Assembly: GCA_030390025.1 (NCBI GenBank)
Contig: CM059437.1
Coordinates: forward strand, 4,092,001 to 4,156,000
Length of the DNA stretch: 64,000 nt
Direction of reading: 5' to 3'
From: Squalus acanthias
Lineage: Eukaryota
Positions 12,917 through 25,885 of the stretch are shown piece after piece. Below the pieces are notes generated by a model. That model saw only the letters and a program-made list of their open reading frames with translations. It was not told the origin of the DNA and did no database searches. The position numbers and the translations under genes are program-made. Within the stretch, counting starts at the first letter, position 1, and each line of letters opens with the position of its first letter.

Positions 12917-14031
12917 GGCATGAGGTAGCTGAGCACTCGGGTTGCAGACTGAGCGTGGTGAGCACGTTTGGAGGGCTGCTAACGAGACAAAACTGATAAA
13001 ACTCAGTAAAAGATTTGAATCACAGCATCTTCACCTGGGGTAGGATTGCTCTGGTCGCCATGTCTAGCGACAGCGGCGATGCCCTTTTTTTTGGTGAAGA
13101 GGTCCTCTGGTCGGCATTACTGGCGAACTGGTCATCTCGAGCAGTAATGTCCAGAGGAGATCTTCATGGATGCATTTTGCCACTTTACAACACATGTGCC
13201 ACCAGAGCACACCCAATCCCATGTTGACTCCGGCCTTCCTCACAATGATATCAAAAGATACCTGCACCAAGGCTTAAAAGCAATCGAAAAGTCCAATATT
13301 CTCGGAATTATAACTTTTGTTGGAAATATTTGGTTCTGTCGCAACGAAAAATCTAATCACAGTTTCTGATTTAAGCTTTTATCAAGCAACAGAAAGAACA
13401 GAAAATGCCACAAAAAGTGAACGAACGATATTAGTATTTGTCTGTTAACATTTAACATGCGCCTGCTACAATCTCCACTCAATTTCTTAAACTCTCCACT
13501 TCCTCTCTACACCTAGCATGTATCTTTTTAATCGATAACCCTGTTACAGTATTAGTAGTGCAATCACAAAAAGTACCACAGATCTCATAAAACACACTTC
13601 ACACTGCAGAATAAAGGTGTTTCATCGCAATTTCCGATATATACAAACAATTCCGCTTGAAATCAGGATTCTTAAATACAAAATAGACTGAAATCTACAC
13701 CTATGCATAGACAGCGAGGCTCTATGAAGCCAGACTCCCTGTAACGTTAACAATAACAAGGCTGGCAGTCAAAATCGCAAGCTAAAAATATATATACAAT
13801 CAGCCGGACAGTATGTCGTATTACAATCATCGGTATCAAAATATGGGATTCTCGCATTGTAAACATGTGAAAAGTGCAATGCTAACTTTTTTTTTGGTAA
13901 TTTCCCTGAGTTTATTACAAGTATAACACAAAAAGGGAGGGCCATTAACATCAGTAAAATGTAATGATGGAAATTAAAGTCATATTCTCCCTTTTTTTGA
14001 AAGGTATTGCTCTTTGTTTTGATAGCCTGAG

Positions 14032-14375
14032 TTAAGAGGTGTGGATGTTCTCTGATGTCGAAGATCTGGGCGATGTGGATGGCGAGGTAGTTGATGACTT
14101 GTCCGATCCGTCCCCCGTTTCCTTTGCAGCGTTGGCGGGGAAGTGGGGAGCGAATCCTTCCTTTTCTCGCTTCTTCTGCTTCATCCTGCGGTTCTGAAAC
14201 CAGATTTTCACTTGGGTTTCGTTCAGCTCCAGCGTGGCCGCTATCTCCACTCTCCTGGCGCGGGTTAGGTACTTGTTAAAGTGGAATTCCTTCTCCAGCT
14301 CAGTCAACTGCTTGGTGGTGAAATTGGTTCGTATGGTGTTGGTCTGGCCACCTAATCCGTATTCAGCAATTTTGG
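14032..14375 (-). CDS. hoxb1: HoxB1 coding exon 2 (homeodomain)
   Basis: Group-1 homeodomain [57 protein letters not shown]; acceptor TTTTTCAG|CC; stop TAA at 14032-14034. Spliced CDS is 936 nt (311 aa). Confidence 0.96.
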
Positions 14376-15168
14376 CTGAAAAACATAAAAGGGAAAACAA
14401 TTAGATGGACCCTACATGAGCAAACGCCCCCACACCCCGCCCCAACCACCATTAACCAACAACTTCAGCACTTAACTGTCCCGGAACTTGATAGAAGCAA
14501 AAGATAAAATAGAGCACAAGGCTTTTAGGCTGAATCCAACTCATCTTATTGAAGGACGGGACTCTTAAAACAGAACATTAACTCTTAATTAAGCCACTAC
14601 AACGCAAATGCGAAACACTCGCTCCCCCCTCGTTGGGTTTTATCTAATAAATGTTGGGCCCAACTTCTTTTGTGAAGTGCACTAAACCAACTCACTGTGA
14701 AACACACATCTTAAAATTGGTAACTTATACACAGAGATCAAGTTTCGCCGAGTGGAGAAACACGCCTGTGCACTTCACATTTAAACCTGCAGACCCGCTT
14801 TCCACACCGACCTGTCTGTCATTTTCAGGTCAGTTTCATAAATTCAGAATCAACCGGCCGCTTAGCTCTTATTTACTGAAATTGATTCCGGGAGGGGGGA
14901 GGGGCGTCAGCAAATGGGTTACTGCAAAACCATTCGAATACTGTAGCTCTTAATTTGCGAAGTTCAAACAGAGGGCAAAGTATTTTTTTTTTAATTTACT
15001 TTAGACGTTTTCAGAAGCCAATGAATGTTAACGTCAATTATATTTTACAATTTGTAATAATTAAATTGTGAAAGTTAGGAAGTGCTTGAATTGGATTTCC
15101 GCCACTTCCTTGGCTCACTTACAGGTAAGGTAAGGATTAGGGTTAGGGTTAGAGCTGCTCATACTAAC

Positions 15169-15760
15169 CTGTTTTAGGAGGGTTTCTTTTCACTTTCATC
15201 CAGTCAAACGTCTGGCCCGAAGAGGATGAATCAGAGATGCAGCCAGGTTCCTTTTCCCCCTCTTGAGATGGAGACAGATTAGCATAAGTCCCGTACGCCA
15301 AACCCTGTTGCTCTTGGCCGTAGGAATGCTGATATTGGCTTGGCCCTGAGACACCACAATAACCGTCTGAAAGCGGATTGACAGTGGATGCTACATTGCC
15401 AGTGTACCCCGAGGTTTGAAAGTACGCCCCATCCGATTCTTGATTGAAAAAGTAATGGTGATTGTAACCCGGGTTGCAAGTTTGGGCGGTGTAGTTGTTG
15501 GGGCCTGAACCGGTGTATGAGTTTCCCAGACTGGAATGATGCGAGTAACTGGGTGGCTGGTGCTGATGCTGGAGTGCATTGTGCGCGCTTCCTCCTACTA
15601 AGAATCGTCCATCACCATTGCAATTGTCAACGTTACCTGCAGAAGGAGCGAAAGCTGTTATTCCTTGTTCTGAATGGTGGTAACCCTTGGATGAGTAGGC
15701 GCTCGTCCCACGATTACAAATTGCGTACTCTAAGAAGGAGTTCATCCTGGTATTGTCCAT
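15169..15760 (-). CDS. hoxb1: HoxB1 coding exon 1
   Basis: MDNTRMNSFLEYAICNRG N-terminus and hexapeptide TFDWMKVKRNPPKT; donor ACAG|GTTAGT in phase 1, matching exon 2. Confidence 0.95.
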
Positions 15761-15885
15761 CTGCCAGTGATGGACGGTCAACCTGTTCGGTATCTCCCTG
15801 CCCCTGAAACGCCAAGCACTATGTCACCCAGTAAACTTCCTCCATGGCTCGCTGGCAATCAAACGATCTCACTCAAGAGGACATT

Positions 15886-15907
15886 CACGTGACCCCGAGT
15901 CGCCAAT
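15886..15907 (-). promoter_or_regulatory. HoxB1 proximal E-box plus CCAAT composite
   Basis: CACGTG-N11-CCAAT about 130 bp upstream of the ATG. Confidence 0.7.
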
Positions 15908-15944
15908 GGCAAGGGACCTCCTGATGTTAGTGAACTGCATGAGG

Positions 15945-16010
15945 TGATCCATCACCCCGGTGACATTTACATCACAAAAGCTTTCAATCAAAGTTATCCG
16001 CATCAATCTG
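15945..16010 (-). promoter_or_regulatory. HoxB1 autoregulatory rhombomere-4 enhancer (b1-ARE)
   Basis: Three Pbx/Hox sites on the minus strand in the known order: AGATTGATG (R1, ~16001-16009), TGATTGAAAG (R2, 15981-15990), GGGGTGATGGAT (R3, 15947-15958); a TGACA Meis/Prep-like site at 15961 and a Sox-like ACAAAAG lie between R2 and R3. Confidence 0.9.
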
Positions 16011-17799
16011 ATAGCAACACTTAAACGTCAAATCAGCCTTCAGAAAAAGGGAGGGGGGGGGGGAGAAAGTTGGAATTATTCAAGATTGTCTTTAAAGTGT
16101 TAAAAAGATTTGTTCAAACCAAGAACCACAGCTGCCTACAAAACCTGGGCATATTATCTTCCTGCAGCACAGCAGAGCTCAAGTAGGTAATTTAATATAT
16201 ATTTTAATGTTTTATTTGAATAATGCAACATTGCAAGGAACAAACCATTGTCTTATCGTCGATTTGAGCCGTTTTTAGTTTTAAAAAGTAAACAGGTTGA
16301 AAGGTGCCCAGCATTTCGCTTAACTTTGTTCTAAAAGTCTGGAGTAGGCGGAAATGAATCTAACATATCACAGCACGGATACAGAGAAAAATAGAGCCAA
16401 TTGTATGGGGGAGGGGTTATAAAATAAAGCATCCGTTTTAAATGAATTGCAGCGATCTTTTGGTGAATGCTGTAGTACATTAAAAGCTATGTGATGTCCA
16501 TATGATTTTTGGAAAGGTAATGTTCCTCATGGGATGTTTGATAAAAGGTCTCATAACAAATGTAATATAGATGAGTATTACCCAGTTAGAATTGCATGTT
16601 GCTTAATTACCGTTTTTTATGTCCCAATTTTGTAATTCGCTGGGATCTGCTAAAGAGTCATAAAACCATGGGTTAAATTTAGAAGTGTAATGCAATAAAA
16701 TATACTCATGCTGTCATTTCTATTCCTTCAGTGAAACTGTGTAGGGAATTCAATGAAAGACGAAACATAAAAAATACGATGCCAATCCGATAGAATCCTT
16801 TCTATAATTTGAGAGTTCAGCCTGGTTACACCATTAAAACAAAGATAATGTATATTTAAGAGGCTTATTTCCACTGCGAAGAAGTGATTGCCTTGCGAAA
16901 GTAATACATCCAATCAATTCATCAATAATATATTAAATCAAGAATGTAAGTTGAATAGCCTATATGCTTTTGAATTAAAAAAAACATTTTTGTTTCTAAA
17001 AAAACTTTGAAATGTTCATCTTATATACCCTTAGCCTTGTCATAAAGCTTATGGGTACCTGTAATAGATGCAGTGCTGACAGCACTACGGGAGAAATCAG
17101 TCATTTTATTTCTCAGTGGGTGCCATATATTACTTTCCAGCACTCAGACTGAAGTTTCGACGATTCTACGGGGGCGGGGAGGGGGGTTATTCTATGCATC
17201 ATAAATAGTTCCTCGTTTAAAGTTTTGAAATGTATCTTACCTAAGTCAGCAAACCCAAGTTAACTAAAAGTGGCAGACTAGCTTGACAAAGTGAATGGTG
17301 ATTATTCATATTTTGTCGGAATTGAAGGCATCTCACACAATGTCCTTCACAGTCTAGTTTCGTGAGCTGTCAGGATATGTACTATTATCTCAGCATTTAA
17401 GCACGTTTAATATGTTTGACATAATAAGATGGTTTTCCCTTTACATTCTGGGTTATCACATATATACACACAGTTTAGTGGTGATTAGCTAGAAGCCCGG
17501 GGCCTACAATTATACTAATTTACTCAGTTAACAGAAAAAGATTAATTGTACAGTATGTGATGTGTCACTGTTGCACCTAGACATTCGAGCTGCTCGTCGC
17601 CCGCCATCTGTTAGGTTCATGGAGAGCTTATATTTTCTACATAATGATACCTTATCACTGTCACCGAATTCAAGAAACATTATTTTTGCCTTCACTCATT
17701 CAGTCGGTGGATCCATATGTCAAAGGCAGCTCTGGCAGCCAGCAATTTAAATGTTTGATGTAAGCTCCATTTTGCTACTGCTTACTGCACTTTTCCCTT

Positions 17800-18100
17800 T
17801 AGGGAGAGAGAGAGAGAGAGAAAGAATGAGAGGGAAATGATGATATAGATGGATAAGTACAGATAGAAAGGGAGCGATACAGAGGGGAAGATACAGAGAG
17901 GAGAAAGGGATAGGTACTGAGAAGTACAGAGAGGAGAGAGGCACAGACGAATAAGTACAGAGAGAAAGAAAGAGAGGCAAAGAGGGAACTGTATACAGAG
18001 AAAGGTACACAGAAACATGAGAACCGGATACAGAGAGAACGAGAAAGCAAAAGAGAAGAAAGAACGAAGGGTGCACGAAGTGAGCTGGGCAGAGACAGAG
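17800..18100. repeat. Purine-rich (GA) low-complexity tract with degenerate ACAGAGAG units
   Basis: Strong purine bias on the plus strand; produces spurious Leu/Ser ORFs on the minus strand. Confidence 0.85.
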
Positions 18101-19439
18101 ATGCGTTACTTAAAGCATATAGCCATAACAGGTATATTACATCTAGACTAGACCTGCAGATGTTATTTTAACTGTCAGAATTATGAACGGGATCCCTAAT
18201 ACTGAATGATGATCTAATGTATTGGTTTGCAATACATTGTATAAGTAACTCAACAAAGTTTCATGACAGCAATGTCCCAAATACAGCCACTTGCTGGGGT
18301 TTCACTGGGCTAATGATTTAACACGTGCTGGCACAGGATTGGGAGTGAGCGCCATAAATGCGGTGCATCTACCAGCTGCTCATGCACGATGTCAGATGCA
18401 GACAGTGTTGGTTGAATAAAAGAAGCTTTGGCGAGTAAAACTTTTGGGCTAGTAATACTGTCCAACCACAATGAAGCAGAAAGCCCTGCTCGTGTTTTCG
18501 ATATGTGTTACATTTTGACAAACTAGATCTGTGTCCGACTTTGCACCCACGTGCAACCTGCCACCTAGTATGAAAGACATTTAATTAATCATTTGAAAAT
18601 AACTGTACTGACACGAATTACTTAATAAACTAGCAATTTCCATTTTAAACTGCGTGTAAATGGAAAGAAGGTGGTTGACAGAAATGAATAGTACTTTCAA
18701 GCCATACTGGATTATTTTATTGATTAGGATAGTTGGGAAGCGGGGATGATGCATTTGATACCATATTATGCAATATTACTTACAAGTATTTAGTTGAAGT
18801 GAACTAAAATACGTTCACTTTCACTGTTCCAGATTCTAATCTGTTTTGTTAAAAGCAAAGAACGCATCAGCTAACGTCTATCATGCACTGAAACTAATTG
18901 AACCATACTAACTGGTCATAACTGCAACTGTGTGTTCAGAATCCGTTTTCGTTCTCTTTAAATGCCACTGGCAGTAATTATTCTCAGTGCAGCAGAGACA
19001 TGGAAACTGGACTGTTTCAGGATTGGAGAACCCGCTTTTCAATGAGATGTTACAAGTTTGTTTTGCCCCTGCTGCCGCGGGTTACAGATTTGTAACATTC
19101 TTAGAGAGAGACTGAAGCCCTCAGTCAATATTTTAAATCGCTGTTACAGATCTTCGGTGATTCCCCAACAGTGACACAATCCTTGATGTCGATCTCATTT
19201 TTATGTCAACCTCCTTTAACAATGTGATTGCACAAATCATATCTCCGTGAGTCCTTTTATCTGAGTGTCTATCAATGCTATAGTATTGGATTAAGTTCAC
19301 TGAGAGACGCTAATACCCACTTCTTTAACCCTTTATTGTTTTGAATATATATTTACGAAAATGTAAGCCTGTCCTCTTTTCGTGTCAAGCCTTTATTTCA
19401 GAATAGTATGACCTCTTGTATCGTAGTAGAGGAAGAATA

Positions 19440-19600
19440 TTTACAGTACACAATATTTTGCAAAGAATACAAAAGTGCCTTATTTAAGAAATATAAAATG
19501 TGCTTTTTAAATTTTTGCATCAAAAACTTCATGACCTTTTTGCAAAGCGAAAAGTAGTTCCATCTCCTCACCAATGTATCAACTTGGTACTGATACCCTA
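19440..19600 (-). mobile_element. Highly decayed CR1-like reverse transcriptase relic
   Basis: Translation QVDTLVRRW...CKKVMKF...KKHILYFLNKALL loosely resembles the CR1 motif QxDLDxLxxW...KCKVMHFG...YxLNGxxL. Confidence 0.35.
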
Positions 19601-22600
19601 ATGCCGTCTTAAGGGGGCACTGATGGCTGAGGTACCACATGATGTCCCATCTGCCCTACTCAATAAGCGATAAGGATGCCATGGCTCTAATCACAGAGCA
19701 GAGTTAAGCATTGTGCTGTGACCCCCTTAAAAATTCCTCTTCTGTACCCTGTTCCCCCCCCCCCCCCCCCCAGGCTCCAATCTAAACCAGATGTGAAATC
19801 CCATTGGGTTATCTTGTTGAAAGATCTCGAATACAATAATCCAAGAAATCAGAAACATTTTAATGGAAAAAAACTAGACGAAGGGTCAAACCCGGTATGT
19901 AGGACAAGCTTGAAAATATTAAGATAGATAATGAATGAAGATGAGATAACTGAAGAAGAAGAAGAAGAAGTAGTTAGGTGACATCAAGCCAGTAGATTAT
20001 AAGAGGAAGGAAGGCCGAGAGAAAAAGAGCACTGAGGTCCTGGTAGAGAATGGGTTAAAGAGCCGACGAGATTGTCTGTTAGGGTAATAGCGAAAAGGGC
20101 ACTGTTAAAGTTGGTTTCTTGTCTAAAATCTGTTGTAATGCATTATTTTCAGGCAAAAGCTTCGGGCACTTCAGTTGCTATAGTGACGTGTGTGCTAGCG
20201 GTGTGTGTCCATGTTGGAATGTCTGATTGCATATGTGCACAAATACACTTATGGTAGTTAGTACTTCCCCCTCTATATAATGGGAAGTGAAGCGATGTGA
20301 AAAAAAAAGAAATGGAACATTTCAAAAACGAGAAACCATGCGGTGTGTTGCAGGCTGTAATGTTTCAGCCACCATCAATGGACGGCTCAATATGGAGAAG
20401 CAATAGGAGTCCTTCACTCTGGCGCATGATTTGTAGATTTCTGTGTAACCAACAGGCCGCCTCTTTAAAGCACTATTCACTGTATCCCAAGGCTTTTAAA
20501 GGTCTAATTTAGAGACTAGTAATATACAAATCCAGTACCTGGCATTTGTCATTCTGACTCATGTAATCGTTTTATTATTGACATTTAGTGTTTAATTGTT
20601 AAATTTATTATAGAATTTGTTTTTTAAAATAATATTTAAGTTTTATTTCAGCTATCTGTTTATTGACTTCCCAGTTTCCAAGCCAATCAGAGTGCATGGA
20701 GAAATATGTCTGAACGATTGATTTTAAATTTATGAAATTGATCAGAAATTGACAAGTAGGAGGAGAAAAAAGGGATACACTATGTCTTTAAGGAAGGTCG
20801 GATTGAGTGGTTAGTTCCCATTTATTAAGGCTGTTCTGTGGGCGTAGAATTGATTTGTAATTGTCACTGGCGTGTTCCCTGGACGTGGAGCAAGTTTTAC
20901 TGGTCATTATGCTATGTAAAGAGGCGCTCGTTAGAGATTTGTATTGATAACACGTCAAGCTTTGCACACGTAAGTTGAAGGAGTTTCTACTCAATTAAAC
21001 TGTCATGCATTTATACTGGAATAAAGAAGAGCACATAACTCCATGGCAAGACTAAATCCAAGAATTTCCTGGAGTCCCCGCGCTCAGACTGTATTAAACA
21101 CGTGAACAGAATTCCTCTGTACAAGGGAGCCAATTCTGCCATCTGCTCTTAGAATCTCTTAATAGCCATGGAGCTTTCTCTCTGTTCACATGTTTCTATC
21201 TGTCCTTCTCATTGTGTCTGTCTCTGCCTTTTTCTGTTTCTCTCCATCTCTTAGTATATTTCTCTATCTCTATGTGTCACTCTGTATGTCTTGGCCTCAA
21301 ACTTCTCTTTCGCTTTTGGGTCCTTCTCTGGCTATTTAAAAAAATTGCTTATTCGTACGTTTATTTATTCTTCCTCCCTGTCTCTGCATCTTTTTTCTGT
21401 CTGTTTTTCACTGTGCCTCAGCACTCTTCCATTTGGATGCTGAAAACCCGAAGCGTGCTATTGTTATAGAAACACCACAAACGCTGCCTTGCCTCTAGTG
21501 ATCAGGCGAGAATGTTTCCTTGTGTGATTTGTATTTTTTGAAAACCCATTGCGCACTAACAGGTTAACTGCAGCCTGTAATATAAGTAGCGTTGGACGGG
21601 AGGCAGAGAGTTATTCAAATAGGAACAGCGTCTAAAATACGAAAGATGAAGCAAAGATCGATAAACGAAAAGAATAATTGAAGGAACACGAGACAAAGAG
21701 GGGGGGGGGAGCAGTGAAAAGTTAAGACATGAGGGAGTGTAAAAGAGAATTCGATTGCGTAAGTGCTTCAAAGTATCTTAAGAAGCATAATTAGAAAGAA
21801 AAACTTGAGATTTTAAAATGCAATGGAACAAAGACAGCAAAAAACCGGTGCAGATGAAAATATTGTAGAATAAATCAGTAAATAGTGAGAGTGTTTTCTG
21901 CCTGGTACACACACGGCGCCATTTTGAAGGGACAAGGCGGACCCGGTGATCCTGGGCTGAGCAGAATTTCCCAAGGCACGGCCAAATTTCTGCCTTTGCT
22001 TGGGGAACACCCGTGACTAGGCAAATGCGTAATATGATTTATATTTTGTGTCACTGCGATTGATTTCTCGAGATGACCCCCCCCCTCATTCATAAAGCAG
22101 CTTGATGTATGAGTTTAAGTTTAAAAAAATTACATCTTGTAAATAAAGCTCCCCTGGCAGGGCGTGGGGTGGGGGGAGGGGGGGGGGAGGAAAGTAGAGC
22201 ACAATTGCAAATTAAAAAATGAACTGATGATCGATGTTGTTAGTTATTTTCTGGCGAAGATTTCCCACTCAGGCTCGGACAATGTTTCTCCTGTCTTAAC
22301 CTACGTTTTGGCCTCTGTTAGTGCCTCAGCACCTCCTCTTGCTTTTATTTCCTAATTTCTTTTATCCTTTTTCCTGGTTCTCCAAAGTTTACGTTTTAAT
22401 TTCCTCGCGGTCTCAGCCTCTCTCGCCATTCATTTTTCGCCATACTGTTATATATCAAAGAGAGAGAGAGAGAACTTGGCAATTACACCAATACATACAA
22501 TCCCGGGGCATTGTAAACAACACATTGCACCAACTAAACAAGGTTAAATTTCAGGAGACCCTTACAGAATGAGATATTTATTATCTTTTAAAAGTGCCCT

Positions 22601-22809
22601 TTAAATTCTTTCAGTCATCAATGGTTAGTGAAAAGAAGCGGATTCGTTTGGAAGGATGGGAAAGGAATCACATTGAGCTCCTCCCCATAGGTCTGTATTT
22701 ATAATAATTGTTTACCACATTTTTGGTGGCTTGTTTTATGTTCTAAGTTGCTTAAATACTGTTTTAAGCTAAAAAAATAAAATAGAAATTCTATCGAATA
22801 ACATACATT

Positions 22810-22932
22810 TCAGCACAGGGTGGCCATTCTGCCCATCGAGCCTGTGGTGGCCCTTGCTTCATGTTGGAGGCATCTACTTTAACCCAATTTCCCTCATCCT
22901 TTCATCTTTTACTTCTTCAAGTAGTTATCTAT
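22810..22932 (-). mobile_element. Old CR1-like 3' end relic
   Basis: CAGCACAGGGTGGCCATTCTGCCCATCGAGCCTGTG resembles the CR1 3' end at 7101-7140 (GCACAGAAACAGGCCATTCGGCCCAACAGGTCTATG). Confidence 0.5.
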
Positions 22933-23562
22933 AGAATCACTCTACAATGTTCTTAGAAGATTTATTTTACAGAAATCGGCGAAGTCAGGGAGCTGGAAAT
23001 GTCATTGAGCGCCTGGATGGGGAGTTGATTGAATAATTGTTGATCTTTTTCATTCACTAACGGGGCGGGGGTGGGGAGAGGGAGGGAGGAGGGTCAAACA
23101 CAGAGAGAAATGAAATTAACATTCAAACATACAATTCTCTTTTAAAATACACATTTGGTATACCCGTTTCACTAAGACGTCTTGGAACGTGAAGTGAACG
23201 CAAAACATGTACAATTGACAGCAAAAATAGTGGAAAGGAGAGCTCCAAAGGAGGTTAAAACATATGGTTATCCATCCTGTTTGTTGCTTAAAGCGATGGA
23301 TTGATACAACCCATTTACTAGACTATATAACACCTGCGATTTTATTGTTGTAGATCTACCGCGACCAAACCAAATATTCAGGATAGACACATTTCTCCTT
23401 AGATAAAAATACTGTGATTTACGTGATTTTCTTTTACAGCGAATATTTTCTGCACAAGCTATTGCTGGCTTAAATCACGGTGCATATATTTCTAATAGAG
23501 TAAGCACACTAACAGCCACCTTGAAACACAGACAGTGAAGGTTCATTAAAGAATTAAGTCGT

Positions 23563-23568
23563 TTTATT
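23563..23568 (-). terminator. Candidate HoxB2 polyadenylation signal
   Basis: AATAAA on the minus strand about 450 nt after the stop, at the end of an AU-rich tract. Confidence 0.55.
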
Positions 23569-24015
23569 TAAACTATGAAAATAATGTACAATAAATAATT
23601 TAAAATTCACTATTTCAGAATTTTCAATAAATAGGCTACCTCTAAAACATGAAATAACTCGTCACAGTTGTCCTTTTGGGAGCTATAAGATAAAGCAGCT
23701 TTACTATAAGTACAATTCCGAGATATGTTTTCCTGAGTTAGTGAAAAGGGGAATCTACAATTTTTTTTCACGGTCTTGACACAATTTACGAAACTGCAAC
23801 TGAATAAAACCGTATTTAAAATACCTGTGCATTAAAGACTGCAATTCTTGTAGACTCCAGGTCAAGGCTGAAGAATAAATTATTTACTGTGAGATTAATC
23901 CTATATCACACAGACTTTTATTATTCCACATTATTGTAATTTAAAATAGGAAATACTGAACATCATTTTTAAACATGGCTGAATTGCTACACTGGCCCTA
24001 TGTCTTGGCGAATCG

Positions 24016-24731
24016 CTATTGATAATTGAGGTGCTGCAAGTCTATAGTGCAGAGAGCGCTGGTAAAAAAATCAAAACTGTCCTCGGGGATATCCACAGGA
24101 CTATCGATGGAACCCTGCAAACTGGGAGATAATCCATCAGAGAACGGCAGGTAGGAATCGGAAGAAAACATGTTTAAATCTGGCAGGGAGACCATCTCCA
24201 GCGCCTCCGGGCTGAGCGTGTCCAGACCAGCACAATTCTGGCCTGTTGTAAACCCGTTTTCAGCAGTTGCCGTTAGATAGAAGGGGCTCTTGGCTTTACC
24301 ATCGCTGCCGCCGCACACTGTCAGATCCCGCAGGTTTTGGAGTTCTTTGCTAAGTGTGTTTTGGCTTTGCTTTCTTGCCTGGTCGGCGCAGTTTTTGTTT
24401 TCTAAGTAAGTTCCTGATGCTTCGACAGGTTGGGTGTAAGGCGACGAATCCTCGGCTTCGTGTTCTGGAAGCGAGCTGTTGGACAAAATAACTTCCCCGT
24501 CTTGATTTTCTTTATACTGTGCTTGCCTCTTGTGCTTCATGCGTCGGTTCTGGAACCAGACCTTAACTTGCCTCTCGGTCAGGTCGAGCAGGGCGGCAAT
24601 CTCCACTCGGCGTGGCCTGCACAGATATTTGTTGAAGTGAAATTCCTTCTCTAGCTCCAAGAGCTGTGTGTTGGTGTAGGCTGTCCTTAATCTCCGGGAG
24701 CTGCTGCTGTTATCCTGCTCACCCTGGCCTT
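24016..24731 (-). CDS. hoxb2: HoxB2 coding exon 2 (homeodomain)
   Basis: Group-2 homeodomain [59 protein letters not shown]; C-terminus [18 protein letters not shown]; acceptor CTCTTGTTAG|AA. Spliced CDS is 1080 nt (359 aa). Confidence 0.95.
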
Positions 24732-25340
24732 CTAACAAGAGAAGTGGAGAGAGTGAGAGAGAGAAAGAGCATGAGGAGGAGTGAGAGTAAATGTTTTTAC
24801 ATGCACATTGAAAAGAATTGAAATCGCTTCTGTTGGGCAAAAGTCATTCTTTCACAAATTACATTGAAATGAGCTTTGTAAAGGTCTCTTTCTTCCAGCT
24901 GGTCAATAAGGATCTTTACCCTTTAAATAAATATCATCAAATTGACAAATTCGTACAGCAGGGCTTCATCTTTACCCTTTTCGAGTTCCTGCAGCTTATA
25001 AGAGTTTGATCAACATGGCCGCCGAAAATGCAAACGTCAGGATCTACAATATATCTAAGCACTTTCACAATATAAGACAAATCGCATATTAAAACATTAA
25101 ATAAAATATTGCAATAAATCAGCATTTTAAAGCCAAGCACTGGATCCGTCAGACAATTAGAAATGCATTTCATAAATCAACCGGCAATAAAATTACAGAT
25201 TAACCCGTGCTTTATAAGACGTTGTCTAATACAGATACGGTACGCTAAAGTTTGAGTTTTGTAAACTATGTATTTTTGATTTTTTTTAAAAAATCCAGAT
25301 TATATAAACGGGACAGAGAGAGCCTGGGCTCTGGGCAGAC

Positions 25341-25704
25341 CTGTCGGAGACTCCGCCGCTTGAGAGGACCCAGGGACCGGTGCTGACAATGACAGAGGTG
25401 CCTCGCTGTTTTTCTTCGACGCCTTTTTCTCTTTCATCCAGGGGAACTCGGCCGCGGCAGCAGATGGGAATGGGCCATTTGGAGGCCGCTTTTCGCGACT
25501 TGGCCGCGGCTGGTTGCTGCTGGGATTCAGGCTCGGGATGGTCTGCTCAAAAGGAGGAGGAATTAGTGTCGAGTGTGAAAGCGTCGAGTTCTTGATTGAT
25601 GAACTTTGAAATGTATCAGCGACAGCAGGGAAGGACGTCAGGCACTCGGCGAGCGAAGGCTGGCTGTTAATGAAACCAATCTCTCGCTCCAATTCGAAAT
25701 TCAT
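25341..25704 (-). CDS. hoxb2: HoxB2 coding exon 1
   Basis: [26 protein letters not shown]-terminus and EFPWMKEKK hexapeptide; donor ACAG|GTCTGC is weak but phase-compatible. Confidence 0.92.
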
Positions 25705-25789
25705 GGCCTTCTTAATCCCGAATGGAGAAAGTTATGAATATTGTAGGTCGAGAAAAAATAATATTTTCAGGCTTTAATTCTGTTTCTCT

Positions 25790-25885
25790 GATATTACAAG
25801 GCGTATGGGGACCGGCTTTATTAAACTGAGGACTAGATTGAAATTGGACCAAATTCGTTGTCACATGATTGGCGTTGCCCAATGG
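25790..25885 (-). promoter_or_regulatory. Group-2 Hox conserved 5' UTR/promoter block with E-box plus CCAAT
   Basis: GCGTATGGGGACCGG...TTGAAATTGGACC...GTCACATGATTGG...CCAATGG, resembling recalled Hoxa2/Hoxb2 upstream sequence. Confidence 0.65.

Noticed and set aside
17747-18076. Three overlapping Leu/Ser-rich ORFs
   Set aside because: Artefacts of the GA/CT low-complexity tract.
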